Shown: in pieces, positions 48,308 through 60,584 of the stretch
Layout: every line of letters begins with the position of its first letter
Position numbering within the stretch: the stretch's first letter is position 1
Assembly (NCBI GenBank): GCA_965227515.1
Contig: CBDDFZ010000001.1
Span: forward strand, 800,001 to 864,000
From: Alphaproteobacteria bacterium
Lineage (GTDB): Bacteria > Pseudomonadota > Alphaproteobacteria > CALKHQ01
DNA: 64,000 nt
Direction: 5' to 3'
Notes under the pieces: model-generated
What the model was told of the DNA's origin: nothing
Seen by the model: only the letters and a program-made list of their open reading frames with translations
Database searches by the model: none
Made by a program: the position numbers and the translations under genes

Positions 48308-48418
48308 CGGCGGTGGGCCTTCGAGGCGGCGGGCAAAGAGCTGGGCAAAGCGGCAGGCAAGGCTTGCAACCCGTGCCCGGGTTCGTTATGAACCCCGCTT
48401 CCTTGCAAGGGGTATGAG

Positions 48419-48643
48419 ATGAAAAAGGACATTCATCCAGACTATCACGAAATCACCGTGGTGATGACCGACGGGACCGAGTTCAAGACACGCTCGACCT
48501 GGGGCAAAGAAGGCGACACCATGAAGCTGGATATCGACCCGACCACCCATCCGGCGTGGACGGGCGGTGGCCATCGCCTGATCGACACCGGTGGACAATT
48601 GGCCCGATTCAACCGGCGTTTCAAGAATCTCGGCCTCGGCTGA
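48419..48643 (+). CDS. rpmE: 50S ribosomal protein L31
   Basis: [17 protein letters not shown] and RFNRRF. Confidence 0.96.
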   Translation: MKKDIHPDYHEITVVMTDGTEFKTRSTWGKEGDTMKLDIDPTTHPAWTGGGHRLIDTGGQLARFNRRFKNLGLG

Positions 48644-48765
48644 CGCGATTTTGAGAGCGGCGTAACGTCGCCGCTCTCTCAAGGGCATCGGTAACGCCCT
48701 CGCGCCCGACGCGGGGGCGTTTGCTTGTGGGCGGTGCGGTTGTGCCGTTCCCCCCATTCCTTTCC

Positions 48766-48944
48766 TTGACGCCCTCGGCCCCCGTGCCGAGGGCCCATGG
48801 TTTTGGCAGGCTCTGCGAGCGGTCAACGGGCGCTGGCATGCGAGCAGGCGCATCCGCCATTCATGCCGACCATGCCAGATGAAACCCGCAAGCCGTAGCG
48901 TGTTGGACCGAAATGGGCCCTCGGCACAAGGCCGAGGGCGTCAA
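48766..48944. repeat. REP-like doublet (TTGACGCCCTCGG...CCGAGGGCCCAT / ATGGGCCCTCGG...CCGAGGGCGTCAA)
   Basis: Two inverted hairpin units. Related doublet at 61603-61783. Confidence 0.75.
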
Positions 48945-48957
48945 ATCTATTGAAGCG

Positions 48958-50478
48958 CTACTCCGCGGCTTCCGCCGTTGGCTCCTCCGGGGTCCAGCGC
49001 AGCACCGGCTGGCGGGCGGCGCGGGTCTCGTCCAGCCGGCGGCGCGGCGACATGCGCGGCGCGTCGTGGAAGAAGTCGGCGTCGCCGGATTTCGCCCGCT
49101 CGGCCAGCGCCCGCATCGAGCCGATGAGCGTGTCGAGGGCCGCCTTGGACTCGGTCTCGGTCGGCTCCACCAGCAGCGCGCCGTGCACCACCAGCGGGAA
49201 ATAGACCGTCGGCGGATGGAAGCCTTCGTCGATCAGCCCCTTGGCGATGTCGAGCGTGGAGACATCGGTGCCCTTCAGGAAGCGGTCGTCGAACAGCGCT
49301 TCGTGCATGCAGGTGCCCTCGAACGCCGGCGTCATCACATCGGCCAGCGAGGCCTGGATGTAGTTGGCATTCAGCACCGCGTCGCCGGAGACCTGGGCCA
49401 GCCCGTCGCGGCCATGGCTCATCATGTAGGCGAGCGCGCGGGTGAACATGCCCATCTGGCCGAAGTAGGCTTTCAAGCGGCCGAAGGGATGCGCACCCCC
49501 GGCATCGGCCGCGTGCTCGACCGGCTCGAAGTTGTCGCCGTCGCGCGCAACCCAAGCAAGCGGCGCGTAGGGCGCCAGCGCTTCTGAGAACACCACCGGC
49601 CCCGCGCCCGGACCGCCGCCGCCATGGGGCGTCGAGAACGTCTTGTGCAGGTTGATGTGCATGGCGTCGATGCCGAGGTCGCCGGGCCGCACCCGCCCGA
49701 CGATGGCGTTGAAGTTGGCGCCGTCGCAGTAGAAATAGCCGCCGACGCCGTGGATCGCCTCGGCGATCTCGATGATCTCGTTTTCGAACAGCCCGCAGGT
49801 GTTGGGGTTGGTGATCATGCAGCCGGCAACGTCGTCGCCCAGCTTGTCCTTGAACGCGGCAAGGTCGACCCGGCCACGGTCGTCGCCAGGCACCGCATCC
49901 ACCGTATAGCCGCACGCGACCGCCGTCGCCGGATTGGTGCCGTGGGCGGACTCCGGCACCAGCACGCGCTTGCGGGGGTTGCCGCCCGCCTCGTGCGCGG
50001 CGCGGATCGCCAGCATGCCGCAGAGCTCGCCATGGGCGCCGGCGGCGGGCGACAGAGCCACCGCCGGCATGCCGGTCAGGGTCTTCAGCCAGTGGGCCAG
50101 CCGGTCCAGCACCTCATAGGCGCCCTGCACGGTGGCGGCGGGCTGCAACGGATGCACGTCGGCGAAGCCGGGCAGGCGTGCCACCTTCTCGTTGATGCGC
50201 GGGTTGTGCTTCATGGTGCACGAGCCGAGCGGGAACAGCCCGCTGTCGATGCCGTAGTTCCACTGGCTGAGCCGGGTGAAGTGGCGCACCACCACCGGCT
50301 CCGACAGGTCCGGCAGGCCGATCTCGCCCTTGCGCTCCAGCCCGCCGAGCTTGTTGTCGGAGAGGTCGGTGTCAGGCCAGTCGACGCCGCACTGGCCGGG
50401 GCTGCCCTGCTCGAAGATCAGCGGCTCTTCGAGCTGCAGGGCGCGATGCCCGCTGGAGGTCTCGATATCGGTCATCAC
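48958..50478 (-). CDS. gcvPB: Glycine dehydrogenase subunit 2
   Basis: [11 protein letters not shown] and [18 protein letters not shown]. Confidence 0.96.
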   Translation of the reverse strand: MMTDIETSSGHRALQLEEPLIFEQGSPGQCGVDWPDTDLSDNKLGGLERKGEIGLPDLSEPVVVRHFTRLSQWNYGIDSGLFPLGSCTMKHNPRINEKVARLPGFADVHPLQPAATVQGAYEVLDRLAHWLKTLTGMPAVALSPAAGAHGELCGMLAIRAAHEAGGNPRKRVLVPESAHGTNPATAVACGYTVDAVPGDDRGRVDLAAFKDKLGDDVAGCMITNPNTCGLFENEIIEIAEAIHGVGGYFYCDGANFNAIVGRVRPGDLGIDAMHINLHKTFSTPHGGGGPGAGPVVFSEALAPYAPLAWVARDGDNFEPVEHAADAGGAHPFGRLKAYFGQMGMFTRALAYMMSHGRDGLAQVSGDAVLNANYIQASLADVMTPAFEGTCMHEALFDDRFLKGTDVSTLDIAKGLIDEGFHPPTVYFPLVVHGALLVEPTETESKAALDTLIGSMRALAERAKSGDADFFHDAPRMSPRRRLDETRAARQPVLRWTPEEPTAEAAE

Positions 50479-51818
50479 AGCACCTCCTTCAGCGCCTTGG
50501 CGAAGGCGGCGATGTCGTCGTCGGTCGTGGTCTCGGTCGCGGCGACCAGCAGCAAGTCGGCCACATCAGGGTTGTCCGGCAGCAGGCGGCTGACCGGCAC
50601 CCCGCCCAGCACGTCATGGCCGACCAGGGCGTCGACCACCCCGGCGGCCGGCTTCGGCAGCCTGACCGTGAACTCGTTGAAGAAGGTCTGGTTGATGACC
50701 TCGACACCTTCAATACCGCCCAGCGCCTCCGCCGCGCGCATGGCGGTGGCGTGGTTCAGCGCCGCCAGCCGCCGGAGCCCGGTCTCGCCCAGCAACGTCA
50801 TGTGGATGGTGAAGGCCAGCGCGCACAGGCCGGCATTGGTGCAGATGTTGGAGGTGGCGCGCTCGCGCCGGATGTGCTGCTCGCGGGTGGAGAGTGTCAG
50901 CACGAAGCCGCGCTTGCCGTCGGCATCCACCGTCTCGCCGCACAGCCGGCCGGGCATTTGGCGGATGTACTTCTGGCGGGTGGCGAACAGGCCGACATGG
51001 GGGCCGCCGAAATTGACCGGGTTGCCGATGGACTGGCCCTCGGCGACCACGATGTCGGCGCCCATCTCCCCCGGCGCGGCCAGCAGGCCGAGTGACACCG
51101 TTTCGGTGACGACGGCGATCAGCAGCGCCCCGGCCTCTTGGCAGGCCTTGGCGAGCGGGCGCAGGTCGTGCAGCTCGCCGAACAGATCGGGCGTCTGCAC
51201 CACCACGCACGACGTATTGCCGTCGATGGCACCGGCCATATCCTCGGCAGCGCCCGGCGCGGCATCCTGCGCCGCCACCTCGAAGCCCAGGAAGTGGGCG
51301 TGGGTCTCGACGATCTCGCGATAGTGCGGGTGCAGCGCGCCGGAGAGCACGGCCCGGCCGCGCCTGGTCGCCCGGTTGGCCATCATCACCGCCTCGGCGC
51401 ACGCGGTCGATCCGTCGTACATGGAGGCGTTGGCCACATCCATGCCGGTCAGCAGCGCGACCTGGGTCTGGAACTCGAACAGCACCTGCAGCGTGCCCTG
51501 GGCGATCTCCGGCTGATAGGGCGTGTAGGCGGTCAGGAACTCGCCGCGCTGGATCAGATAGTCGACGGCGGCCGGCACATGGTGGCGGTAGACCCCGGCA
51601 CCGACGAAGAACGGCCCGTCGCCCGCCGGCCTATTCTTGCCGGCCAGCAGGCGCATGGCGCGCTCGACCGACAGTTCGTCCTGATGGTCCGGCAGGTCGA
51701 GCGGCGCTTTCAGGCGGCCCGCCGCCGGCACGTCGGCGAACAGGTCGTCGACGGTATCGACCCCGATCGCGGCCAGCATGGCCGCCCGGTCGCCCTCGCT
51801 GTGCGGCAGGTAGCGCAT
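50475..51818 (-). CDS. gcvPA: Glycine dehydrogenase subunit 1
   Basis: [13 protein letters not shown] and [17 protein letters not shown]. Confidence 0.96.
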   Translation of the reverse strand: MRYLPHSEGDRAAMLAAIGVDTVDDLFADVPAAGRLKAPLDLPDHQDELSVERAMRLLAGKNRPAGDGPFFVGAGVYRHHVPAAVDYLIQRGEFLTAYTPYQPEIAQGTLQVLFEFQTQVALLTGMDVANASMYDGSTACAEAVMMANRATRRGRAVLSGALHPHYREIVETHAHFLGFEVAAQDAAPGAAEDMAGAIDGNTSCVVVQTPDLFGELHDLRPLAKACQEAGALLIAVVTETVSLGLLAAPGEMGADIVVAEGQSIGNPVNFGGPHVGLFATRQKYIRQMPGRLCGETVDADGKRGFVLTLSTREQHIRRERATSNICTNAGLCALAFTIHMTLLGETGLRRLAALNHATAMRAAEALGGIEGVEVINQTFFNEFTVRLPKPAAGVVDALVGHDVLGGVPVSRLLPDNPDVADLLLVAATETTTDDDIAAFAKALKEVL

Positions 51819-52186
51819 CAGTCGAGGCCCTTCACGTAGTCGGCATAGGCGCCGTCGTCCATCAGCCGCTCGAGGTCGCCCTTGTCGGCCAGCTTCAGCT
51901 TGACGAACCAGCCGCTGCCCTCGGCGTCCTCGTTGACCATGGCCGGCGTCTCGTCCAGCGCGCTGTTGACCTCGATCACCTCGCCCGACACCGGGGAATA
52001 GATCTCGCTGGCGGCCTTCACCGATTCGACCACGGCCACCTCATCGAACTGGCCCACGGTCTTGCCGACCTCCGGCAGCTCCACATAGACCACGTCGCCA
52101 AGCTGTTCCTGGGCGTAGGTGGAAATGCCGATGGTGGCGGTGTCGCCGTCGATGCGGACCCATTCATGCTCTTTCGAATAATGCAT
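51818..52186 (-). CDS. gcvH: Glycine cleavage system H protein
   Basis: EHEWV and lipoyl site [13 protein letters not shown]. Confidence 0.96.
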   Translation of the reverse strand: MHYSKEHEWVRIDGDTATIGISTYAQEQLGDVVYVELPEVGKTVGQFDEVAVVESVKAASEIYSPVSGEVIEVNSALDETPAMVNEDAEGSGWFVKLKLADKGDLERLMDDGAYADYVKGLD

Positions 52187-52216
52187 ATGCCTACTCCGGT
52201 GGGTGTGCGGTCAGTT

Positions 52217-53329
52217 TCAGCGGTGGTAGCGGTGGGGTGCGAACGGCAGCCGGACGACCTCGGCCGGCAACGGCTTGCCGCGCACGATGACGTCGACCTC
52301 GGTGCCGACCTTGGCGTGGTCGCTGGCGACGTAGCCCATGGCGACCGGGTGCTCGACCGTGGGGCCGAAGCCGCCGCTGGTCACCTCGCCGATGGCGTTG
52401 CCGGCCTTGTCGTGGATCTCGCTGTGGGCGCGCACCGGCGCGCGGCCGGTGGGCTTCAGCCCGACGCGCTTGCGCGGCGCGCCGTCGGCGATCTGGCGCA
52501 GGATCGTGTCGGCGCCGGGGAAACCGCCTTCTTCGCGCCGCTGCTTGCCGATGGTCCAGGTGAGTGCGGCTTCCACCGGCGTGGTGGTGGTGTCGATGTC
52601 GTTGCCGTAGAGGCAGAGGCCCGCCTCCAGGCGCAGGCTGTCGCGCGCGCCCAGTCCGGCCAGCTCGACCTCCGGCTCGGCCAGCAGCGCCTCGACCACG
52701 CGCACCGCGCCGTCCGCGGCGATCGAGATCTCGTAGCCATCCTCGCCGGTGTAGCCGGAGCGGGTGGCGAAGCACGGCACGCCGGCAATCTCGGCATCGG
52801 CGCAGGTCATGAAGGCCATGTCGCGCAGACCGGGCGCCAGCCGCGCCACCGCGTCCGCCGCCTTCGGGCCCTGTACCGCCACCAGTGCGCGGTCGGGCAG
52901 CGGCGTCACCGTGCAGGTGCCCGCCATCGCCGCCGTCATGTGCTGAATGTCCTCGGCCTTGCGGCTGGCATTGACCACGGCGAAGTAGTGGTCGCCGCGA
53001 TTGGTGACCATCAGGTCGTCCAGGATGCCGCCATTGTCGTCGGTCAGCAGGCAATAGCGCGTGTGCCCGACCTCCAGCCCCTTGATGTCGGCCGGCACCA
53101 GGGTCTCCAGCGCGGTGGCCGCCTTGGCCTGATCGGCCGCGCGAATTTCGACCTGGCCCATGTGCGAGACGTCGAACAGGCCGGCCGCGGTGCGGGTCTG
53201 GCGGTGCTCGGCCATGATGCCGTCGGCGTACTGCAACGGCATGGCATAGCCGGCGAACGGCACCATCTTGGCGCCATGAGCGCGGTGCAGCGCGTCCAGC
53301 GGCGTGGTTTCCAGATTTTCTTCGGTCAA
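52217..53329 (-). CDS. gcvT: Glycine cleavage aminomethyltransferase
   Basis: FDVSHMG, RSGYTGEDGYE and GLGARDSLRLEAG. TTG start at 53329 after GGAGG. Confidence 0.95.
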   Translation of the reverse strand: MTEENLETTPLDALHRAHGAKMVPFAGYAMPLQYADGIMAEHRQTRTAAGLFDVSHMGQVEIRAADQAKAATALETLVPADIKGLEVGHTRYCLLTDDNGGILDDLMVTNRGDHYFAVVNASRKAEDIQHMTAAMAGTCTVTPLPDRALVAVQGPKAADAVARLAPGLRDMAFMTCADAEIAGVPCFATRSGYTGEDGYEISIAADGAVRVVEALLAEPEVELAGLGARDSLRLEAGLCLYGNDIDTTTTPVEAALTWTIGKQRREEGGFPGADTILRQIADGAPRKRVGLKPTGRAPVRAHSEIHDKAGNAIGEVTSGGFGPTVEHPVAMGYVASDHAKVGTEVDVIVRGKPLPAEVVRLPFAPHRYHR

Positions 53330-53385
53330 GGCCGCCCTCCGCACAACAGGTTGGTACGCCACGCCGGCCGTGGCCCGCGCGCATA

Positions 53386-53597
53386 CCCCGCTCTGTCGGA
53401 GGACCTGAGAGATTGCCCGCGCCGCCCATCACGATGCCGGTAGCGCAGGTTTCCCCGTCGGTGGACCGGCTTGTGGGCCGGCCGCTTTCCAGAGGTGCCT
53501 CGATCTGCGGTCCGTTGGCCTGAGAGTTTCCGGGGCGGTTGCTCCTTCGGCGCCGGCGCAAGGTGTTACCCTCTCACCGGACTCTCCCACAGACGTC
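53386..53597 (-). promoter_or_regulatory. Tandem glycine riboswitch
   Basis: GGGAGAG...CGCCGAAGGAGCAA...AACTCTCAGG then CTCTGGAAAG...CACCGACGGGG...TCTCTCAGG...GACAGAG, upstream of gcvT. Confidence 0.93.
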
Positions 53598-53614
53598 AGT
53601 GGCGATGTCTGGTC

Positions 53615-53642
53615 AGACTAACCGGCTGGCGGAGAGTGTCAA
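53615..53642 (-). promoter_or_regulatory. Sigma70 promoter of the gcv operon (TTGACA-N16-TAGTCT)
   Basis: Consensus -35 and good -10 just upstream of the riboswitch. Confidence 0.65.
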
Positions 53643-53734
53643 TGCGGCTGCGCCCGTCCGTTGTGTTAGTCTGAGAGGGCTGTGATGCGAGTCGTCTAAA
53701 CGCCCAACGCTCAGGAACTACCACTTAAGAATCA

Positions 53735-54166
53735 ATGGCAATTGCAGAGCACCCACGACCTGGCACAATTCTGTTGTGTGATTTTGATACTGGGTTTCTT
53801 CCTCCCGAGATGGTCAAAAGAAGGCCTGTGGTTGTAATTAGCCCAAAGATATCTGTTCGCGCCCGATTGTGCACAATAGTTCCAATTAGTACTGAGGCGC
53901 CACGACCGCAAATGGCGTATCACTACGAACTTCGCGACCTTGACCCGCCACTCCCTCCGCCGTGGGATGTTGGTCCAAACTGGATCAAAGGCGACATGAT
54001 CTATTCGGTTAGATTCGAGCGACTGGATTTCTTCCGCTACGGAAGGGATGCGAACGGAAAGCGCATTTACCGATACGAGATACTTCCAGAGGAAGATCTA
54101 AAGGCAGTGAGACGTTGCGTCCTCAGTTCCCTTGGCTTAGCCAGCTTGACAAAGCACCTTCCCTAA
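53735..54166 (+). CDS. Orphan PemK/MazF-family endoribonuclease toxin
   Basis: PGTILLCDF, PPEMVKRRPVVVISP and CTIVPIST. Visibly AT-richer than the flanks, with no adjacent antitoxin ORF. Confidence 0.85.
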   Translation: MAIAEHPRPGTILLCDFDTGFLPPEMVKRRPVVVISPKISVRARLCTIVPISTEAPRPQMAYHYELRDLDPPLPPPWDVGPNWIKGDMIYSVRFERLDFFRYGRDANGKRIYRYEILPEEDLKAVRRCVLSSLGLASLTKHLP

Positions 54167-54174
54167 CTCATATC
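54145..54174 (+). promoter_or_regulatory. Sigma70-like promoter embedded in the 3' end of pemK (CTTGACA-N17-CATATC)
   Basis: The -35 TTGACA at 54146-54151 lies in the codons for L-T of the C-terminal LTKHLP. Confidence 0.6.
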
Positions 54175-54180
54175 TTGATA

Positions 54181-54312
54181 CGAGTGCTGCTCTCGCCGCA
54201 AGGCGATCAGCGTCTAAGACCCTTCGGGGCACGCCGCGCACCAAGCGACACCAAGCTTTCGCGCGGCGTCGAGCAAGCCGGGCGGCACAAGGACTGTGTC
54301 GCCCTTTTTTTT
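54181..54312 (+). ncRNA. Putative structured ncRNA downstream of pemK (candidate RNA antitoxin)
   Basis: GCAA- and UUCG-tetraloop hairpins, a 9-bp GC-rich stem, five CAAG motifs, and its own promoter and terminator. Inferred; boundaries approximate. Confidence 0.55.
54280..54312 (+). terminator. Rho-independent terminator
   Basis: GGGCGGCACA/TGTGTCGCCC stem followed by T8. Confidence 0.85.
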
Positions 54313-54362
54313 GTTAATGTCGGTGCAAGCATTCTGCCGGTGCCACGCGCCTCCACTCTGGC

Positions 54363-54935
54363 CTACCCGCCACCAAGCCGGTTGTACTGCAGCTCGTCGG
54401 ACGAAAGCTGGAAGCCGACATAGACCGTGTAGCCGCGCCCGCTGTCGACCCCGCCGGGTAGCGGGATCGTCTCGCCCACCACCTCGCGCAGGCCGATGCG
54501 GTTCTCGCCGTCGTCGAACGACACGGTCTGGTCGAACACCTGCTTGCCGATGATGGTCTGGTCCGGCCGCGCCACCGCGACATAGAACTGGATCGCCTGG
54601 CTGTCGGCCGCCATGCCGGTGTTGCGGTCGAACACCATGGTCAGCGCGGTTTCGACGAAGACGTCCTCGTCGGAATAGTCGCAGTCGACCAGCACCTCCA
54701 CGATCTCGCCACGCACCGCGACCTCGTCGGGCGTCGCCACCGCGCCGCCGAACCGGATCAGTTTGGAGGTTTCGGCCACCAGCACCACATCCGGGCAGCC
54801 GATGGTGATCGCGTCGCTCTCCGTCCCGCCGCAGGCCGCCAGTGCCGACGCCGCGGCGGCCATCGCAACGAAAGGTGCGACCTTGCGAACCGCCCGCTGC
54901 ATCGCGGGCTTGCCTTGCCAACGCTGAAACTTCAT
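54363..54935 (-). CDS. Conserved hypothetical lipoprotein
   Basis: LAAC lipobox, CP...C, and C-terminal VGFQL..EL.YNR. Divergent from ispH. Start uncertain. Confidence 0.7.
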   Translation of the reverse strand: MKFQRWQGKPAMQRAVRKVAPFVAMAAAASALAACGGTESDAITIGCPDVVLVAETSKLIRFGGAVATPDEVAVRGEIVEVLVDCDYSDEDVFVETALTMVFDRNTGMAADSQAIQFYVAVARPDQTIIGKQVFDQTVSFDDGENRIGLREVVGETIPLPGGVDSGRGYTVYVGFQLSSDELQYNRLGGG

Positions 54936-55096
54936 CTTCCGATCGTCACGACTGGTGTGCCCCGATGGTTGGCGCGGACCCGGCGGTGCGGTGAGTTGCC
55001 CGCGAAGGCGCGGAGTCTAGTTGCCCCGGCGGCTACCTGCAATGGCCCCTGGCAGCAATGAACCGCCGGCCGCAAGCGACGAGAGCAAACGACACG

Positions 55097-56074
55097 ATGC
55101 CGCCCGACACGTCCAAGCCGAAGCTTCCCGATACGGCAAAGCCGAAACTTAGGGTGCTGCTGGCCGCGCCCCGCGGCTTCTGCGCCGGCGTCGATCGTGC
55201 GATCCGCATCGTCGAGCTGGCCCTGGAGAAGTTCGGCGCGCCGGTCTATGTGCGTCACGAGATCGTGCACAACCGCTATGTGGTGGCGGGCCTGGAGCAG
55301 AAGGGGGCGGTGTTCGTGGAGGAGCTGGACGAGGTGCCGGACGACGCGCCGGTCATCTTCTCCGCCCACGGGGTGCCGAAGGCGGTGCCGGCCGAGGCGC
55401 GGCGCCGCGCGCTGACCTATGTCGACGCGACGTGCCCGCTGGTCAGCAAGGTCCACCGCGAGGCCGAGCACCACCACGCCAACGGCTGCCACATCGTGCT
55501 GATCGGCCATGCCGGCCACCCCGAAGTCGTCGGCACCATGGGCCAGTTGCCCGACGGCGCTACCACCCTGGTCGAGACGGTGGACGACGTGGCCGGGCTC
55601 GCCTTCACCGGCGGCCAGGACTTGGCCTTTGTCACCCAGACCACGCTGTCGGTGGACGACACCGCCGCCATCGTCGCCGCTCTGCGCGCGCGCTATCCGG
55701 CGATCCAGGGGCCGAAGCGCGAGGACATCTGCTATGCCACCACCAACCGGCAGCAGGCGGTGAAGGCGATCGCACCGCGCTGCGACGCCCTGATCGTGGT
55801 CGGTGCGCCGAACTCGTCCAACTCGCGCCGGCTGGTCGATGTCGCCGCGCGTGCCGGCTGCGCCGACGCCATGCTGGTGGAGCGCGGCGGCGACGTGCCG
55901 CTGGACCGGCTCGCCGGCATTGCCACCCTGGGCATCAGCGCCGGGGCCTCCGCGCCCGAGATCCTGGTCGACGAGGTCATCGATGCCTGCCGCGCCCGCT
56001 TCGACATCACGGTGGAGCATGTCGACGTCGTGCGCGAGGACGTGACCTTCAAGCTGCCGCGCGCGGTGGCCTGA
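55097..56074 (+). CDS. ispH: 4-hydroxy-3-methylbut-2-enyl diphosphate reductase
   Basis: [33 protein letters not shown] and NSSNS. Confidence 0.96.
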   Translation: MPPDTSKPKLPDTAKPKLRVLLAAPRGFCAGVDRAIRIVELALEKFGAPVYVRHEIVHNRYVVAGLEQKGAVFVEELDEVPDDAPVIFSAHGVPKAVPAEARRRALTYVDATCPLVSKVHREAEHHHANGCHIVLIGHAGHPEVVGTMGQLPDGATTLVETVDDVAGLAFTGGQDLAFVTQTTLSVDDTAAIVAALRARYPAIQGPKREDICYATTNRQQAVKAIAPRCDALIVVGAPNSSNSRRLVDVAARAGCADAMLVERGGDVPLDRLAGIATLGISAGASAPEILVDEVIDACRARFDITVEHVDVVREDVTFKLPRAVA

Positions 56075-56209
56075 GCGCGATGGCCCGACCCATGCTCGAC
56101 CTGCCCGCAGCCCTGCCCGGCGCCCGAAACGCCAGTAGTATGTCTGGGCGGCCGGGTGGGGGTATGGGCCGGCGCCGAATTCGGCGCACGCCAGTGCGCC
56201 TGATTTAAG

Positions 56210-57208
56210 ATGGCGGTTTATACCGAGGTCACCGACGAGGACCTGGCCACGTTCGTCGCCGACTACGACATCGGCGAGGTGGTCTCGGCCAAGGGCATCG
56301 CAGAGGGGGTGGAGAACTCCAACTACCTGCTGCAGACCACCGGCGACAGCTACATCCTGACCCTCTACGAGAAGCGGGTGAAGGAGGAGGACCTGCCGTT
56401 CTTCCTCGGCCTGATGGACCATCTGGCCGGCGCCGGCTTTACCTGCCCGACCCCGATCAGGGCCCGCGACGGCGTGGCGCTCAGGGCACTTGCCGGCAGG
56501 CCCGCCGTCATCATCTCCTTCCTGAAGGGCATGTGGCCGCGCCGGGTGCAGCCTTATCACTGCGCCGAGGTCGGCACCGCGATGGCGCGCATGCACGTCG
56601 CGACCGAGGACTTCACCATGACCCGCGCAAACGCGCTGTCGGTGGATTCCTGGCGGCCGCTGTTCCAGTCGTGCCGGGACCAGGCCGACAAGGTGTGGGC
56701 CGGCATCGGCGATACGCTCGATACGGAGCTGGCCGTGCTGGAGGCGGAGTGGCCGCAGACCCTGCCCACCGGCGTCATCCACGCCGACCTGTTCCCCGAC
56801 AATGTGTTCTTCCTCGGCAAGGCGCTGTCGGGCGTGATCGATTTCTACTTCGCATGTACCGACTGCCTGGCCTATGACGTGGCGATCTGCCTTAACGCCT
56901 GGTGCTTCGAGCAGGACGGCAGCTTCAACGTCACCAAGGCGCGCCGTTTCCTGGCCGGTTATTGCGAGGTGCGCCCGTTTACCGATGCCGAACTCAACGC
57001 GCTGCCGTTGCTGGCGCGCGGGGCTGCAATGCGCTTCTTGCTCACCAGGCTCTACGACTGGCTGAACCTGCCGCCCGGCGCCATGGTGCAACCGAAGGAT
57101 CCGATGGAATATCTCTACAAGCTGAAGTTCCACGCCAAGGTCAACGACCCCGGCGAGTATGGGCTGGACGCACGCCGGGTGGCCGGCTTCGTCTCACCAT
57201 GGCTGTGA
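56210..57208 (+). CDS. thrB: Homoserine kinase type II
   Basis: [21 protein letters not shown] and IDFYFAC. Confidence 0.95.
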   Translation: MAVYTEVTDEDLATFVADYDIGEVVSAKGIAEGVENSNYLLQTTGDSYILTLYEKRVKEEDLPFFLGLMDHLAGAGFTCPTPIRARDGVALRALAGRPAVIISFLKGMWPRRVQPYHCAEVGTAMARMHVATEDFTMTRANALSVDSWRPLFQSCRDQADKVWAGIGDTLDTELAVLEAEWPQTLPTGVIHADLFPDNVFFLGKALSGVIDFYFACTDCLAYDVAICLNAWCFEQDGSFNVTKARRFLAGYCEVRPFTDAELNALPLLARGAAMRFLLTRLYDWLNLPPGAMVQPKDPMEYLYKLKFHAKVNDPGEYGLDARRVAGFVSPWL

Positions 57209-57696
57209 GCGCCGCGAGCATGGTCGAGGCCTTTACCGACGGTGCCTGCTCGGGCAACCCCGGCCCCGGCGGCTGGGGCGTGCTGCTGCGCTACAAGGGC
57301 GTGGAAAAGGAGCTGAACGGCGGCGCGCCCGAGACCACCAACAACCGGATGGAGCTGATGGCGGCGATCTCCGCCCTGGAGGCGCTGAAGCGCCCGACAC
57401 GCATCGCCATCCACACCGACAGCACCTATGTGCGCGACGGCATCACTCGCTGGATCGAGGACTGGAAGCGGCGCAACTGGCGCACCGCCGCCAAGAAGCC
57501 GGTGAAGAACGCCGACCTGTGGATGCGCCTGGAAGAGGCCACCGATGGGCACGACGTGAGCTGGCACTGGGTGAAGGGCCACGCCGGCCACCCGGAGAAC
57601 GAACGCGCCGACGCGCTGGCCCGCGCCGGTATTCCGCGCTTCGACGGGGGCGACGAAGGCGAGGCGTTCGAGGAGGCGGACAATGAGCATGCTTGA
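57199..57696 (+). CDS. rnhA: Ribonuclease HI
   Basis: [23 protein letters not shown] and [15 protein letters not shown]. Start at 57199 or 57205. Confidence 0.95.
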   Translation: MAVSAASMVEAFTDGACSGNPGPGGWGVLLRYKGVEKELNGGAPETTNNRMELMAAISALEALKRPTRIAIHTDSTYVRDGITRWIEDWKRRNWRTAAKKPVKNADLWMRLEEATDGHDVSWHWVKGHAGHPENERADALARAGIPRFDGGDEGEAFEEADNEHA

Positions 57697-58452
57697 CCGT
57701 TTCCGTCTCGACGGCCGGGTGGCGCTGGTCACCGGTGGCGGGCGCGGCATCGGGGCCGCGACCGCGCGGGCGCTGGCCGATGCCGGCGCGATTGTCGTGG
57801 TCACCGACGCCGATGGCGACGCGGCCGGCGCGGTGGCCGCCGAACTGGAGCTCGGCGAGGGCCATGCCATGGACATCACCAGCGACGAAGGGGTCGCTGC
57901 CGTGTTCGCCTCGGTGGCCGACCGCCATGGCCGGCTCGACATCCTGGTCAACAACGCCGGGCGCGGCGCGCGCATGCCGGCGGTCGACATGAGCCTCGAC
58001 ACCTGGGAACAGGTGATGGCGGTCAACCTGACCGGCAGCTTCCGCTGCGCCCAGGCCGCGGCCCAGCTGATGCAGACCGGCGATGGCGCCCCGGTCGGCG
58101 GCTCGGTGATCAACGTCGCCTCGATCATGGGCCTGGTCGGCGGCGGGCTCTACCCCAATGCCGCCTACCAGACCAGCAAGGGCGGGGTGGTCAACATGAC
58201 CCGCACCCTGGCGCTGGAATGGGCGCCCGACAACATCCGGGTCAACGCCGTGGCCCCCACCTTCGCCCGCACCGCGCTGACCGAAAAGCTGCTGTCCGAC
58301 GGCGAGATGGAGCGTGCCATCGTCGACAACACGCCGATGGGCCGGCTGGCCGAGCCGGAGGAGGTGGCGTCCGCCATCCTGTTCCTTGCCGGTGACGGCG
58401 CCTCGATGATCACCGGGGCCATCCTGCCGGTCGACGGCGGCTGGACCGCCCG

Positions 58453-58456
<4 letters not shown>
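57683..58456 (+). CDS. Short-chain dehydrogenase/reductase
   Basis: [17 protein letters not shown] and VDGG. Confidence 0.92.
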
Positions 58457-59329
<873 letters not shown>

Positions 59330-59355
<26 letters not shown>

Positions 59356-59893
59356 GGGACGCCGGCTGGAGGTTCCGGCCGGCATGGACGTACGCCCCAC
59401 CACGGACCGTACGCGCGAGGCGATCTTCTCCATGTTGCAATCGGGCCGGTTCGCCGGAGAGTCAGGCGGCGACCGGGTCGCCGGTGCGGTCGTGGCCGAT
59501 GTGTTCGCCGGTTCCGGCGCGCTGGGGCTGGAGGCCCTGTCGCGCGGCGCCGCGTTGGCGGTGTTCGTCGACAACGGCCAGCCGGCCCTGCGCGCCCTCC
59601 AGGCCAACATCGCCATGCTCGGCGAGGCCGCCTCCTGCCGGGTGATCCGCGCCGATGCCCGCCGCCTGCCGACGGCGCCACAGGCCTGCGACCTCGTGTT
59701 CCTGGACCCGCCCTATGGACGCGGCCTGCTGGAGCCGGCGTTGCAGTCGCTGGCCAATGCGGGCTGGCTGACTGCCGATGCGCTGCTGGTCTGCGAGGCC
59801 GAGAGCGGGCTCGACGCCCCGGAGGGATATTCTGTCCTCGACCGGCGCACCTACGGACGCAGCGCCATTACCTTGATGATCCGCAGTGTTTGA
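59330..59893 (+). CDS. rsmD: 16S rRNA m2G966 methyltransferase
   Basis: MRIVAG, RPTTDRTRE, FAGSGALGLEALSRGA and DPPY. Confidence 0.94.
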
Positions 59894-59997
59894 ACGCGAA
59901 AAGCCCTCCCCCATGGGACTGGGGGAGGGCACATGATCGAGCGCAGTTGCGGGGTTCGATACTCGATCACGTAGCTCGCGTGTTTGATCGTTCACCC

Positions 59998-60327
59998 TTA
60001 CTCGATCACCAGGGTGTCGTTGGCGCAGAAGTCGAAGCCGTAGCCGTCCATCTCGTAGCCGTCGGCCCAGACAACCAGCACGTCGTAGATGCAGTGGTCG
60101 CCGTTGGAGCTCAGCTCATAGACGCCGCCGGCCGGCAGGATGTCGTTGCCCAGCACGTCGGTGCCCCAGTCGGCGGCGTAGTCCGGCGAGATGTAGACGT
60201 AGTGGATGTCCATGCCGCTGGCGTTTTCCAGGGACAGGTTCGACGCGGCCTGGGCGGCGGTGGCGGCGGCCAGCACGCCGGCGGCGGCGATCGTTGCGAC
60301 GGCGGTATTCCGGATGGTCTTGAACAT
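59998..60327 (-). CDS. Small secreted hypothetical protein
   Basis: Signal peptide AQA, then VYISP...WG.DVLG..IL and C.YD...DFC. Confidence 0.75.
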   Translation of the reverse strand: MFKTIRNTAVATIAAAGVLAAATAAQAASNLSLENASGMDIHYVYISPDYAADWGTDVLGNDILPAGGVYELSSNGDHCIYDVLVVWADGYEMDGYGFDFCANDTLVIE

Positions 60328-60584
60328 GATGGTTGCTCCCGTTTTCCCCGAGGGGTGATCCAAGTGGCTGTGGGCTGTTTGCCCTGCCGATGAGTTGGAT
60401 TTGGGAACGCTTGAGACCCCTACCTGTGAACCAGATCACCGGGCATGCGCATTTGACTGAACCGCCCGAACGCGGGCTGCACGCGACACGCCACGACGAC
60501 AATCGGGCCAGCCGCCCCGCCGTTCGTGTAAGCTGGCGGCAAGGCCGTGCCCATGGGCCGGGCAAACAAGATGGGGAGGCAGCG

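Noticed and set aside
53732-53923. 63-aa antisense ORF as a protein antitoxin for pemK
   Set aside because: It lies almost entirely antisense within the toxin gene, with no evident RBS and no AbrB/RHH antitoxin features.
59930-59975. GGTTCGAT T-loop-like sequence suggesting a tRNA
   Set aside because: No cloverleaf can be built. It is only an imperfect inverted repeat between convergent genes.
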